Origin: a virus | DNA: 64,000 nt | Strand: one strand, 5' to 3' | IMG/VR virus record: IMGVR_UViG_3300044641_001047 | Coordinates: 12,497 to 76,496 of that record | Shown here: piece by piece, positions 9,330 to 19,568 of the stretch | Layout of the letters: every line of letters starts with the position of its first letter | Position numbering within the stretch: position 1 is the first letter of the stretch | Translations under genes and position numbers: made by a program | Notes under the pieces: model-generated | Database searches by the model: none | Told to the model about the DNA's origin: nothing | The model's input: the letters and a program-made list of their open reading frames with translations, nothing else

Positions 9330-12300
9330 TTATTTTTTCTTTTTATTACAAAGTTTATTTACAACTTCCTCTTGTATTTTTTTAGCTTCTTTTTCATTAA
9401 TATCTATATCCAACATTTGTTTTACAAAAAATACAAAAGAGGCATTGTCCATAGCACCCATTTGAATTATTTGAGCTTTTAATTGAGCAGCACCATCACC
9501 CGATGGGCCATTTGAAGCTTTTGCAGATATTATAGATTTTGCAATATTATCCTTAGTAATCTCACCTCCGTCCTCAGTTGAAGTATCTTCATCCTCATCT
9601 TCATCTTCTTCAACTTCTCTTACCTTCTTAGTAATATTCTTTACAGGACTCTTCTTTTTAGAGTGGTTGGCAATAGCTGGATCGGAGCTTTTCTTAGCCT
9701 CTTTGTAGGCAAAGCTTACTTTTTTGTCTAGTACGTCTCCAAAATTAAGATTCAAAGTAAACTTCTTTTCTACAAAGTTACTAACTTTTAAGATAGTTCC
9801 ATCATCATCATACCTTAAAGGTATAAGTAAGGTACTTCCTTTTCTAACCATTGTAGATACATTGTTCTGTTTAGCATGCCCGTTGAACATATAAGCATAA
9901 ACACTTAGCTGTGCACCATGCTGGTCTCTCTTTGATCTACCATACTTAGTCTCCTCGTAGTTTTCAAGTCCAGAAGCTGTAAGAGTTTTTATATCATATA
10001 TACGGTACTCCCCTTTTCTATCCTTAGTAAGAATGTCAAAGGTTCCAGCTATGTTTGGGTAGTTAGGATCAGTGTTGTATACAACCATCTCTACAGCAAT
10101 TACTGTTTCTCCTCTTCCCCTTAGCATGCTTTGGATAGCTTTAGCTTGAGTTATAAGGTCGAGATAAGCTACTGAGGACACACCAGCTGGTTTAGTAGCA
10201 GGCTTACCCATAAGTAGGTTTTCAACTAAAGAGTGTACTAACTTACCAGCAGATGATGAGGCTTTCTGAGTTTCAGCAGATCCAGTAAATGGTTCTGATG
10301 TCATCTTGGATGCCCTTTCGTATTCCTCCCCATTGATAATGTAATGAGTTTCCTCCCCTGTCACGGGATCTTTTTTCATTTCTTCACGGTGTTGATTCTT
10401 CTTTATATCAGTAAGAATCTCTACCATAGGATCCCCTTTCTCCTCTTCTACCTCAGCAATAGTTCCACTAAGTCCTTGGCTTTTAATCTTTTTGCCAACA
10501 ACTACTTTTTCGTCATCTTCTTCTGTCTCTACAGTTTTAGTTCTTCTACGATTGATAGCCTTTTCCAGAGAGCTTGAATTGCTATCAGTATCTTCTTGTT
10601 CTTCTTCCTCTTCCTCCTCTATTCTCTTAGCTACTTCTCCAATTTCGTCATCATCTAGCAAAGCATTAGTAGAGTCAACTTGGTTGTCCTCCTCATCCAT
10701 ATCGGATTCGTTTGTATAATCCTCCTGCTCTTTAACTAAAGGTTCTTGTTTGGTAATCTTAGCTTTAGTTACTGTTCTAGAAGTTGTTGGCTTTTCATTT
10801 TCTGCAGCCTGTGCCTTGAATCCTTTTTCATCTGTAATCTCCCCAAAGTTCATCACCACATCAAAGTATGGGGAGAATGTTTTAGGGTTAAGATACACAT
10901 CAGAGCTAAGTATACCTGAGTGTCCCTGATCTTTTTCCATATCAGAGATTTCATCAGGGTGAGTTAAATAGTCTAAGTAAGAAGCATATACTAAGCCAGT
11001 TACTTTACTTTCGTATTCGGGGTTTTCAGTTAGAAGGTTAATATCTACTTGATACCTTCTCTTCATTATAGCCTCTTTAAATGCAGAAGCTATTGATCCC
11101 ATATGAGCAGTCCAGTCACTTCTTCCTTCTATTGGTTCAAAGTTTAGACCTCCTTCTTCACCTCTTACTGCTTCTACAAATTGGAATTTAACAAAGCTAT
11201 CAGGTTCAGTTAAAGCTAGAGCTAATTGGTCAGAGCTAATAGTAATATAAGTTTCTGCAGAAGGTAGCCAGAAGGTATAGCCTCTTGGAGCTTCTGGGTC
11301 AGACTTCTCACCATATACTTGTTCAAAAATTAGGTTCCTATTTGCATCATCAATAGCAGCTTCTGCAACTTCGTTGAAACCTACAATCTCTGCTACATCT
11401 CCAGCTCTATCATCTGTAATAGCTTCTACTACTGCATTGTATCCAACCTCAGTCATTTTCTTGGTAGTAGCCCTTATATAAGACAGATCTCCATTTGGGG
11501 TACGAACCAAGATTGCCACTTTACCTAAGTCAGCAGTTGACAATCGTGACAGCAAGTCACCTGGGATTGTTTCATCCTCTTTAAGAACATCCCCTCGGTT
11601 TGTCACCTCCCACTTTGGTTCTTTTTTGTAGGTTCTAGCAACAAGCAATGTAGGGGTATAAAGTATATTCCCATCTTCATCTACTGGGACAGGATCAAAG
11701 AAGAATACATTGCCATCCTCAGTCGCTGCATTAGCAATGTTCTGAGAGTCTACATATTTATTAGTAAGAATGGTTGTAGGAATTTTGCCGTTATCCCAAA
11801 GATTGTAGATAGTCTCCCTATCCATAGATCTGCTAGGATTAGAAGGGTTATAACCTTCAAGCAATCCAACTCTTTTAAATCCATCTTTTGTTCTAACTGC
11901 TACAAATATTGGAATGTTTTTCCAGTATTCTGACTCAGATACATTTGGATTATTTTTTACAAATTTCTGCCACCACTCAGTTTCTGGATTAACTTCAAAT
12001 CGTACTTCTGCACCATTTTCTACTATGTCAGAATCAGTCAATAGCTCAGGGAAAATTTGAATTGGAACCCATTTACCATTTTTTAATTCAAACTGTTGTC
12101 TTCCATCTTTGCCATTAGTTCCATAGTAAGAACTATTAGGAATCGGAGTACCATCCTCGTCAACAAGAATATTATCATAACCGTTAGCATACTCATGTTG
12201 GGTTTTAATTACTGCGATGCTACTCTGGTTCTCTGAATTTTTAACTTCTTCATGAACCGTTTTCTTTCTAAATTGAATGTTACCCTCATCCTCTTCTGGA

Positions 12301-15300
12301 TCTGAATCATCAGGCGTCTCTTCTTCTTCCGTTTCAAAACTTTTTGAATTGAATATATCTTGTGTTTCTCCAGTTTCTATGAATACTGGGTTGTCAATTA
12401 TTTCAGGGAGTAATGGTGCTACTTCATTTACGTCCACTGTTTCGCCTTCAGGTACTTGAACAGCTCCTTGATTCGTTGTTCCAGATCCTTGTTCTTGAGC
12501 AAGTTGCGAAGCTCTTTGGGAGTCTTGTACATCTTTGCTAGCTTGACTTGATTTTCTATATTCATACTCTTCGGTTAACTTGTTTTTATGACTCTGTTGA
12601 ATTTCTCTTTCAGCTCTTGCAACTTCTAAATCTTTTGTAAGCTTTTCAATCTTTTCTCCGTTTACAGGAGAAGCCATTCCTAGTTTTATACTTGCATCTA
12701 ATGCTGCAATTTGCTGCTCAAGCCCTATAATAGTTTCGTTTGCAAGATCGATTAAAAGTTCAGCTTCCCCAATTTTATTTTTAATTTCATTCTCAGCTTC
12801 CTCAGACATTTGACCACCTTGATCTTCCGTAGGTTCACTAACAGGAGACAACTGTGTTCTTTTAAAGTAATCTTTAGTTATGGCTTGGAATGCTTTAAGA
12901 GTTGTAGAATACATTGCTCTTGCTCTCTGCACATCTGGATCTTGGTTCATTTCGGCCATGGTCTTACCCTGCCTCATGAACTTCTCCTTAGCCATATTAT
13001 AAACAGAAAGGATGTCAAGAAGATGAGTTCTATGACTATCCATCAACTTCTGTAAAGCTTTATCAGTTATAACATTAGGATCGTACTTAGCCTTACTTCT
13101 TAATGCCTCAGATAAATTTTGCAATGCATTAAGTCTAGATTGAATCTGCTTTCTAAGTTCTACTTCACTAAGTCCTAAGCTTTCTATAGTTCCTTGAGAC
13201 TGATAAGCCATCAGGATTATCTCTGCAAGTTCTTTTGCAACAGTATCTTTAAACTCAACTGTTTGGTTTTGCTCATTGTGCAGTACTACTTGAGATACTA
13301 TAATAGAACCTGTAAGAGCACTAGCGGGTTTATATTCTGTTATACCCTCTGTCTTAATATCTTCTAGCATCTGTGGATAAGATGCAGCATGCCTATCTAT
13401 TGTCTCATCGGATACATTTGCTCTGTTAACTCCTGCTGCGATATCTGCTTTTATTCTTTGTTTAGCTAATTCAGCATTTAAAGGCATTAACTTATACTGA
13501 ATATTAGCACCAGGTATTGCTTTTTTAACAGCCTCTATAAACGGTCTTCTTTTTTCTTTAGTTAAATTGGTGGTATCAAATACCACCTGTTTACCATTCT
13601 TCACAGCTTCTACTGCTCTTTTAGCAGCTTCAATGTAAATTTCTTTATCTTTAGATTTATCATTTATATCTCCTGTAAACTCAGCTCTCATATCATCAGG
13701 AGAAATAACTACTAAATTTTCTTGAGGTAAACTTTTTATAAAAGTAGATTTCCCACTTCCAGAAGTTCCTATAGGTAAAATAATATCAGCTTTAGTAGTC
13801 GTAGAGGTGCTGCTTGTTTTAGGTTTAGAAGAAGTAATCTTTTTACCTAATTGTTGTTCTACATGCTTTCCAATTATGTCAACAAATTCATTTGCTAACT
13901 GATTAGTAAGTGCAGCATATCTTTTTTCTACAGCTACAGTTCTTCTATCAGCAGAAGATATATCAGTAGTATTTATTTTACTTAACTCTCCTGCTAAAGG
14001 TCTTAATGCATCTAGTCTTTTTTTATCCTCTTCACTAAGAAAATCAAACTCATTAAGATTTAAGTCTGCTAATACAATTAAATTATCAGCAACTTTTCCC
14101 ATTGAAGCTTTAAAAGCATTTAATCTACCTTTAGGCCTAGCTCCTTCATAAAAATCAGATGGCAATACTACTTTAGCATTTCCATAGCCATCTAATCTTT
14201 CATTAAGTCCTTCTATAGGTGTTTTTGTGTTATCATCTGCAGCAGGAGTTTCAGACTGCATGTCCCATTCATAGCCATACCTAATAGCATCTACTGGGTT
14301 TTCATTAAGGTTCTGATATACTGTCCCGTTAACTCTTATTGTTCTTCCATCGGTACTAAGTAATGCAAAGCTATTTTCATAAACCTTCCCACTTAAATCT
14401 GGATCTGCTTTCTCATCAGCTTCTTCAGAGAATCCTTTCTTAAGTGCATCTTCTGCTTCTTTCTTAGCAGCTGCTTCAGCAGGAGTTAACTCTCCTTCTT
14501 TTATATCTTTCTGCTCAAGACTTTCATTTTTCTTAGCTTCAAGAACAGCAAGTAGTGCTGCAGCTTTAGCAGGAGATTCTTCTTCAATACTTTCAATATC
14601 TGCAACTAACTCTTCAAGAACCTCCAGTGGGATGTCTTGATAGTCTTTCATGTACTTATCCTCTATAGCCTTAAGCTCTTTATATTTCTTTCTAACCTTA
14701 GCTTTCATTTCAGGACTAAGGTTTTCATGATCTATAAGTTCATCAAGTTCTCTAGTAGAATCTGCATTGTCAACAATTGAGTCAGCTTCTTTATTTGACT
14801 TTGCTACTTTAGCTCGTTGCTCAGCAGCTTGTTTAGCAGCTAGAACAATTTCTCTTTTTTCTGGAGATTTTATCAGCTCGTCAAATGCAGTAGATGCAAG
14901 TTCTCTTGTATATATTCCTGTAATAAAGTCAGCAAGAGCCTTATCAAAGTCCATCTTCTGCAGCTTATCTAAGGTTTCAGATTCTTCTACTGCTGTCCTA
15001 AGAGCTCCAGTTAAACTTTCATTCTCTTTAATATTCTTCTTCTTTGCAGCCTCTTCCGTGGTTGGGTCAGGCTTTGGTTCCCCTTCTTTCTTCTCTTGCT
15101 CCTCTACATCACTAACACTTACGTCAACCAAAGATTTAGGGAGAACTAGATTACCCTGTGCATCTGCTGTTATTTGGTTTCTTTTTATTAGAGTTACAAG
15201 TTTATTTCTGTCAAAATTTTTAAGAGCTGGAGATAGAGATACTAGTTTTTCATATGCATCGTTAATCTCCTCATCTCTAGTCTCCATACTAATCATGTTA

Positions 15301-17270
15301 GTAAGGAGTATATTTTTAAGTCTTTGATTGTATAGATCTTGGGCAGCTTTTTGAATTTTCTGCTCTTTGTTCATGGTTAGTTTAGCAAGTCCAGATTGAT
15401 TAGGGCTCATAAATTGAATAATGTTATCCAATCTTTTCCCCATATCTGAATACTTCTTCATCTCTCCTTTCCACTCTTCTACAATCCCTGACTGAGTTTT
15501 ACCTCCTGATTGCTCCAGTAATGGCTTAGACTTATCATAGCCATTTAAATCCATGAAGTCAGCTTCAGGCATTTTGGCCATGTCATCTAGTTTCTCATAA
15601 GCTAGATCTATAGCATCGAGATTATCAAACATGATTGCATGCTGAGCCATGAAGTTTTTACGTAGCTCGTTTGCAAGCTTGTAGTTACCAAGATCAGTAG
15701 CAGCTTTTAGAGCAGCAGAGAATTGTGCTAATTCCTTTTTCTGCTCAAAGCTCTTTCTCATGTTTAAGAAAGTCTCAGAGTTTGTAATGGCCAACAGCTT
15801 TTCTGTATTAGCTTTAACCATTGCTCTTTGTTTAGCAGCTGTTCCAAATGATGTGCTGGTTGCACCCATACCTCCACCAATAAGAGCACCTAGCAGCATG
15901 CTCTCTATTCCATCTGCAGTTCCAAAGGTTTTAGATAGCCCTCTTACTGCAGCTCCTGTCATATCTTCTACCCCAGAATCAAATTTATTCTTGTAGTAAT
16001 CTATTGCAGTCTCTCCAATCATGAACTGAGCACCTTCTTGGAAAGCCTCTGTTAAAGAATTCTCATAGATAGGGGCTGTATATTTTTGAGCTCTATTTAA
16101 AAATCTTCCAACTCCCGTTGTTGGAAGAGATACTATTCTTTTACCTGCTTGGTCTAAAACAGTTTCTGCTGTAGCTCTTTCCCCAATTTTAACTCCTCTT
16201 GCAGCATTGCCAAACATTAAAAGATTGCTAGTCATAAGAACAGGCATATTCCACCCAAAAGTAAAGTTCTCTACAGCTCTAGCTTCTTCATTTATCCTCT
16301 CTCTATCACTAGCAGGCATATCCTCTAATGACATTCCTGGGTTATTCTCAAGCCACTCAGACTCTCTTTCCTGAATAAATTGTTTAGACTTTTCTCTAGC
16401 TTCTACAGAAGACTCAGCAAGAGACATCATGGCCCCTACTTCTAGAGTTTTAGCAGCATTTAAGGTTCTAGCTATATTCCCATATTTAGCAATATCAGCG
16501 GTAAGTTTTGTACCAGTAGCTATCATTTTAGAGGCAGCATATATATTCTTCATAGCCTCCCCTGTAGACACAAGTTTACCTACTTGTCCTGCTCTTCCTG
16601 CTGCAGCCATAGCTTTACCAGCTAAATTAACACCTCTTCCTAATAGCCCAGCTCCACCACTCATCCATGCAGTTGCTAATGATCCTAGTGAATATCCTAA
16701 TCCATTGGCAAATTTATCTGTCCAAAAGTTAGCACTTCCTAAGTTATCCAGCATGCTACGGTCTGGATCTAACTCTGCTTTAGTGTAGTAGTGTGGAAGG
16801 TTTTCACTCATCCATTCATTTGCACTATCTACACTTCTTCCTACAGGATTATTTGCATATGTACCTCCAGCAAGCATAGAGCCTATTCCCCCGATAATAC
16901 CTATGGTATTTTCTGCTACTGCCCCTACTATAGTGGCCCCCATTTTAAGAGCACCGTATCCTAACTTTTGACCAATGCCTTGGTTCTCTGCTCGAATCTC
17001 ATTCCAGTCTGCATATGGACTAAGAGGGACTTTATAGCTAGCATAGTTAGCTATTGGATCAGTATAGACATTTGTAAGATCTATAGATCGTGCTTGTAAG
17101 TCTAGACCAGAAAGTTCGTATGGAGATTCCTTAGCCTTAGGGGCAAGTGGTTCACCTACAAATTCTGAGAAGCTACTTAGAGCATCTTTTGGCTTAGATA
17201 ATTCTTTTACTGGTAGTCCAGTAAACTTACTAAAACTTTCTAATGGTGCACTTTCTGTTGGTTCTGCCAT
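9330..17270 (-). CDS. Giant ejected (cargo) protein with N-terminal hydrophobic Gly/Ala helices, inserted P-loop kinase domain and C-terminal PD-(D/E)xK nuclease domain
   Basis: 2646 aa. GTSGSGKST...SPDDMR...VVFDTTNL (13330-13790); GKLVH...IAGTFD...IYDIKT...HGAQLSVY (~9750-10350). Position matches the crAss ejection cluster. Confidence 0.85.
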   Translation of the reverse strand: MAEPTESAPLESFSKFTGLPVKELSKPKDALSSFSEFVGEPLAPKAKESPYELSGLDLQARSIDLTNVYTDPIANYASYKVPLSPYADWNEIRAENQGIGQKLGYGALKMGATIVGAVAENTIGIIGGIGSMLAGGTYANNPVGRSVDSANEWMSENLPHYYTKAELDPDRSMLDNLGSANFWTDKFANGLGYSLGSLATAWMSGGAGLLGRGVNLAGKAMAAAGRAGQVGKLVSTGEAMKNIYAASKMIATGTKLTADIAKYGNIARTLNAAKTLEVGAMMSLAESSVEAREKSKQFIQERESEWLENNPGMSLEDMPASDRERINEEARAVENFTFGWNMPVLMTSNLLMFGNAARGVKIGERATAETVLDQAGKRIVSLPTTGVGRFLNRAQKYTAPIYENSLTEAFQEGAQFMIGETAIDYYKNKFDSGVEDMTGAAVRGLSKTFGTADGIESMLLGALIGGGMGATSTSFGTAAKQRAMVKANTEKLLAITNSETFLNMRKSFEQKKELAQFSAALKAATDLGNYKLANELRKNFMAQHAIMFDNLDAIDLAYEKLDDMAKMPEADFMDLNGYDKSKPLLEQSGGKTQSGIVEEWKGEMKKYSDMGKRLDNIIQFMSPNQSGLAKLTMNKEQKIQKAAQDLYNQRLKNILLTNMISMETRDEEINDAYEKLVSLSPALKNFDRNKLVTLIKRNQITADAQGNLVLPKSLVDVSVSDVEEQEKKEGEPKPDPTTEEAAKKKNIKENESLTGALRTAVEESETLDKLQKMDFDKALADFITGIYTRELASTAFDELIKSPEKREIVLAAKQAAEQRAKVAKSNKEADSIVDNADSTRELDELIDHENLSPEMKAKVRKKYKELKAIEDKYMKDYQDIPLEVLEELVADIESIEEESPAKAAALLAVLEAKKNESLEQKDIKEGELTPAEAAAKKEAEDALKKGFSEEADEKADPDLSGKVYENSFALLSTDGRTIRVNGTVYQNLNENPVDAIRYGYEWDMQSETPAADDNTKTPIEGLNERLDGYGNAKVVLPSDFYEGARPKGRLNAFKASMGKVADNLIVLADLNLNEFDFLSEEDKKRLDALRPLAGELSKINTTDISSADRRTVAVEKRYAALTNQLANEFVDIIGKHVEQQLGKKITSSKPKTSSTSTTTKADIILPIGTSGSGKSTFIKSLPQENLVVISPDDMRAEFTGDINDKSKDKEIYIEAAKRAVEAVKNGKQVVFDTTNLTKEKRRPFIEAVKKAIPGANIQYKLMPLNAELAKQRIKADIAAGVNRANVSDETIDRHAASYPQMLEDIKTEGITEYKPASALTGSIIVSQVVLHNEQNQTVEFKDTVAKELAEIILMAYQSQGTIESLGLSEVELRKQIQSRLNALQNLSEALRSKAKYDPNVITDKALQKLMDSHRTHLLDILSVYNMAKEKFMRQGKTMAEMNQDPDVQRARAMYSTTLKAFQAITKDYFKRTQLSPVSEPTEDQGGQMSEEAENEIKNKIGEAELLIDLANETIIGLEQQIAALDASIKLGMASPVNGEKIEKLTKDLEVARAEREIQQSHKNKLTEEYEYRKSSQASKDVQDSQRASQLAQEQGSGTTNQGAVQVPEGETVDVNEVAPLLPEIIDNPVFIETGETQDIFNSKSFETEEEETPDDSDPEEDEGNIQFRKKTVHEEVKNSENQSSIAVIKTQHEYANGYDNILVDEDGTPIPNSSYYGTNGKDGRQQFELKNGKWVPIQIFPELLTDSDIVENGAEVRFEVNPETEWWQKFVKNNPNVSESEYWKNIPIFVAVRTKDGFKRVGLLEGYNPSNPSRSMDRETIYNLWDNGKIPTTILTNKYVDSQNIANAATEDGNVFFFDPVPVDEDGNILYTPTLLVARTYKKEPKWEVTNRGDVLKEDETIPGDLLSRLSTADLGKVAILVRTPNGDLSYIRATTKKMTEVGYNAVVEAITDDRAGDVAEIVGFNEVAEAAIDDANRNLIFEQVYGEKSDPEAPRGYTFWLPSAETYITISSDQLALALTEPDSFVKFQFVEAVRGEEGGLNFEPIEGRSDWTAHMGSIASAFKEAIMKRRYQVDINLLTENPEYESKVTGLVYASYLDYLTHPDEISDMEKDQGHSGILSSDVYLNPKTFSPYFDVVMNFGEITDEKGFKAQAAENEKPTTSRTVTKAKITKQEPLVKEQEDYTNESDMDEEDNQVDSTNALLDDDEIGEVAKRIEEEEEEEQEDTDSNSSSLEKAINRRRTKTVETEEDDEKVVVGKKIKSQGLSGTIAEVEEEKGDPMVEILTDIKKNQHREEMKKDPVTGEETHYIINGEEYERASKMTSEPFTGSAETQKASSSAGKLVHSLVENLLMGKPATKPAGVSSVAYLDLITQAKAIQSMLRGRGETVIAVEMVVYNTDPNYPNIAGTFDILTKDRKGEYRIYDIKTLTASGLENYEETKYGRSKRDQHGAQLSVYAYMFNGHAKQNNVSTMVRKGSTLLIPLRYDDDGTILKVSNFVEKKFTLNLNFGDVLDKKVSFAYKEAKKSSDPAIANHSKKKSPVKNITKKVREVEEDEDEDEDTSTEDGGEITKDNIAKSIISAKASNGPSGDGAAQLKAQIIQMGAMDNASFVFFVKQMLDIDINEKEAKKIQEEVVNKLCNKKKK
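12428..12565 (-). CDS. Putative overprinted 45-aa basic helical protein nested in the 2646-aa gene
   Basis: Alternative frame MNIENQVKLAKMYKTPKELRNLLKNKDLEQRIKELFKYLKAKQWT*; A-rich upstream sequence with A at -3; the host frame here is an S/Q-rich linker. Confidence 0.45.
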   Translation of the reverse strand: MNIENQVKLAKMYKTPKELRNLLKNKDLEQRIKELFKYLKAKQWT

Positions 17271-17271
17271 G

Positions 17272-19563
17272 TTAAAACTTTATTTTTCCTGTTCCTACTA
17301 TTTGCTGTACATCTGGATCGTCGATTGCTCTAAACATTGTACTTGGGTTTCCATTTGCACTTTGGAATATAGGAGCACCTAAGTCATCAGAGAAACTTAT
17401 TGTTGGATTATTATCTCCAACACTTCTAATAGTTAGTTTTCCAGGTACCTCTCTTGTATAAGTTTGATTCGTAAGCCTGTCTACTTCAGATTTTTCTATA
17501 TAGATATCTCTAGTGTAAATTTTAGGATTATTTACATTCCCACCTCTTGGGGCTTCCATTTGAACTACACTAGCAAGTATAACAGTTGGGTCACTAAGCT
17601 TTCTTAAAATTGGCAAGTTAGCAGTTAAGTAAGCCCCATCTACGTGTACTGTCTTGAATTTATTAACAGCATCTGGATTTTTAGTTTCTAGGATCATTTC
17701 CCACGTATTGGTATTTGGATCCCATCCGTAATCTTTAACTACGAATCCATCTAGTATAGCAGGATTTGTTATCTTTTGTCCTGCAGATACGTCGTAAGCA
17801 GTAGGAATTGCTACAGCACTTATTGACTTTCCTAGTAAAAAGTCATCTAGAGCTTTTGTAATGGCTATATTTTCCTGGGCATTACCAGTTTGAATTGTTC
17901 CATAGTTGAATACAGAAGATGTTTTAATCTCTGCAAACTTTGCATCAATTTTATCTTTATATACAGATTTAAATTTGTCTACAACTACTTCCGAAGTATT
18001 TAGTTGTTCACCTATAGTTGCATCATAGTTATAGGTTCCTGTACCATATAAGTGAGCTTCAAGTGCTGTAGCACCGTATTTACTATTAAATATTTTCTCG
18101 AAGTCTTTATAATCTTGATCGTCTTTATTATCAAAGGTCGTTAAAATTCTCTGGTATATTTCACCTGGAGATGCCCCTTGCATTTGATCTTTAAATATAC
18201 TTACAATTTTAGGATCTTGTTTTTCCAAATCATCCATAGAAATAGAAGAGCCAGAGGCTTCATTTATTAAGTATTTCTGGTGATTTATCTTTGCAGTATT
18301 TGCTCTTTTTTCGGCAAGCAAGTTTTCTTTTTGTTTTTGAGATAGATTACTTCCTGGACCTACTTCTATGTCGATGTCCCTATTTCTAGCTTCTAGAGAG
18401 GAAATGGTTTGCATTTTTTCACTAAGTGTTGCCCCACCTACCATATTTGCTGTTACCTCAGAATTTTTATAGATTGGTACATTGTTCTTAGCTGCCTCCA
18501 TAGCTTCTTTTCTACGTTCCATGTAAATAGGATCATACTCGTATATAGTACTAGACTTAGTATTTTTATATGCATACTGCATTGCTAAATCCCTTGTAGG
18601 ATTAATTATCTCCTGTTCTATTTTGGATTTTACGTAATTATAAGATGTAGTAGGATCTTTAGCTGCTTCTGTGGCACTGTTTATCTCAGACTGCATTATA
18701 TTTATAGCCTTTTGATACTGTGCTTTTTCAGAAGCAGACATCGTTTTAGAAGCCATCTCTTTCTTATAACCTTCTATTATTTTACCATACTGGTCAATTG
18801 TAGCCTGTATGGTTTGTGGCATAGCTCCTGATTTTTGAATATCATATGTCCTCATATCAGCTTTTTGCTGAACGGCCATTTTAACATCAGGATCAGCCAT
18901 TACATAGTCAAAAGCTTTTTGAACCTCTTCTGGGGTAACCTGTTCAACTCCGTATTCGTTAGTTACTGTATACTTTCCGTCAGGTCCTACCGAAAGTTTG
19001 TTACTTTTATTGTCGTACTTATCTGGTTTTATAATAGCTAAAGCTTTTGTTAGCTTATCCATTACATCTACATCATTGTAGATGGTAGGGGCAGAAAACA
19101 TTGAACCCTCTTTTACTCTTCCAGTATTAGGATCCATCTCGAATCCTTTATAGTCTCTGGTTATATATGAACCAGATCTAGCATAGGTTTCAGCATCAAT
19201 GCTTTTCTTATCATACCTATCTTGTAGATCCTTTAGAGCAGCTTGATATCTATCGTAGTTTTCTTTTATAGGGGCATACTTTTTACTAAAATCTTTTGCT
19301 GCTCTGTGTACAGCAAACCCAAGATTCTCATAGTCACCTCTCTCTGATAGAGATGTTAGAGTTTTATCTATCTCACCCTGCAGTTCTTTTTTTCTATTAA
19401 CATCATTCTCAAATGGCAAAGCAGCCTGCATTTGATCTACTGCCAAGGCTAACTCATCATTTGCTTTAAAATTATCTAGATACCTATTACGTAGTATTTC
19501 AGAGATCTTTACAGATTGAGGATCTACATAAGTACTGACATACTCACCAAACTGATACGGCAT
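17272..19563 (-). CDS. Virion cargo/ejection protein
   Basis: 763 aa, helical N-terminal half; lies between the cargo-1-like gene and the giant ejected proteins as in crAss-like phages. Confidence 0.65.
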   Translation of the reverse strand: MPYQFGEYVSTYVDPQSVKISEILRNRYLDNFKANDELALAVDQMQAALPFENDVNRKKELQGEIDKTLTSLSERGDYENLGFAVHRAAKDFSKKYAPIKENYDRYQAALKDLQDRYDKKSIDAETYARSGSYITRDYKGFEMDPNTGRVKEGSMFSAPTIYNDVDVMDKLTKALAIIKPDKYDNKSNKLSVGPDGKYTVTNEYGVEQVTPEEVQKAFDYVMADPDVKMAVQQKADMRTYDIQKSGAMPQTIQATIDQYGKIIEGYKKEMASKTMSASEKAQYQKAINIMQSEINSATEAAKDPTTSYNYVKSKIEQEIINPTRDLAMQYAYKNTKSSTIYEYDPIYMERRKEAMEAAKNNVPIYKNSEVTANMVGGATLSEKMQTISSLEARNRDIDIEVGPGSNLSQKQKENLLAEKRANTAKINHQKYLINEASGSSISMDDLEKQDPKIVSIFKDQMQGASPGEIYQRILTTFDNKDDQDYKDFEKIFNSKYGATALEAHLYGTGTYNYDATIGEQLNTSEVVVDKFKSVYKDKIDAKFAEIKTSSVFNYGTIQTGNAQENIAITKALDDFLLGKSISAVAIPTAYDVSAGQKITNPAILDGFVVKDYGWDPNTNTWEMILETKNPDAVNKFKTVHVDGAYLTANLPILRKLSDPTVILASVVQMEAPRGGNVNNPKIYTRDIYIEKSEVDRLTNQTYTREVPGKLTIRSVGDNNPTISFSDDLGAPIFQSANGNPSTMFRAIDDPDVQQIVGTGKIKF

Positions 19564-19568
19564 AGCTT

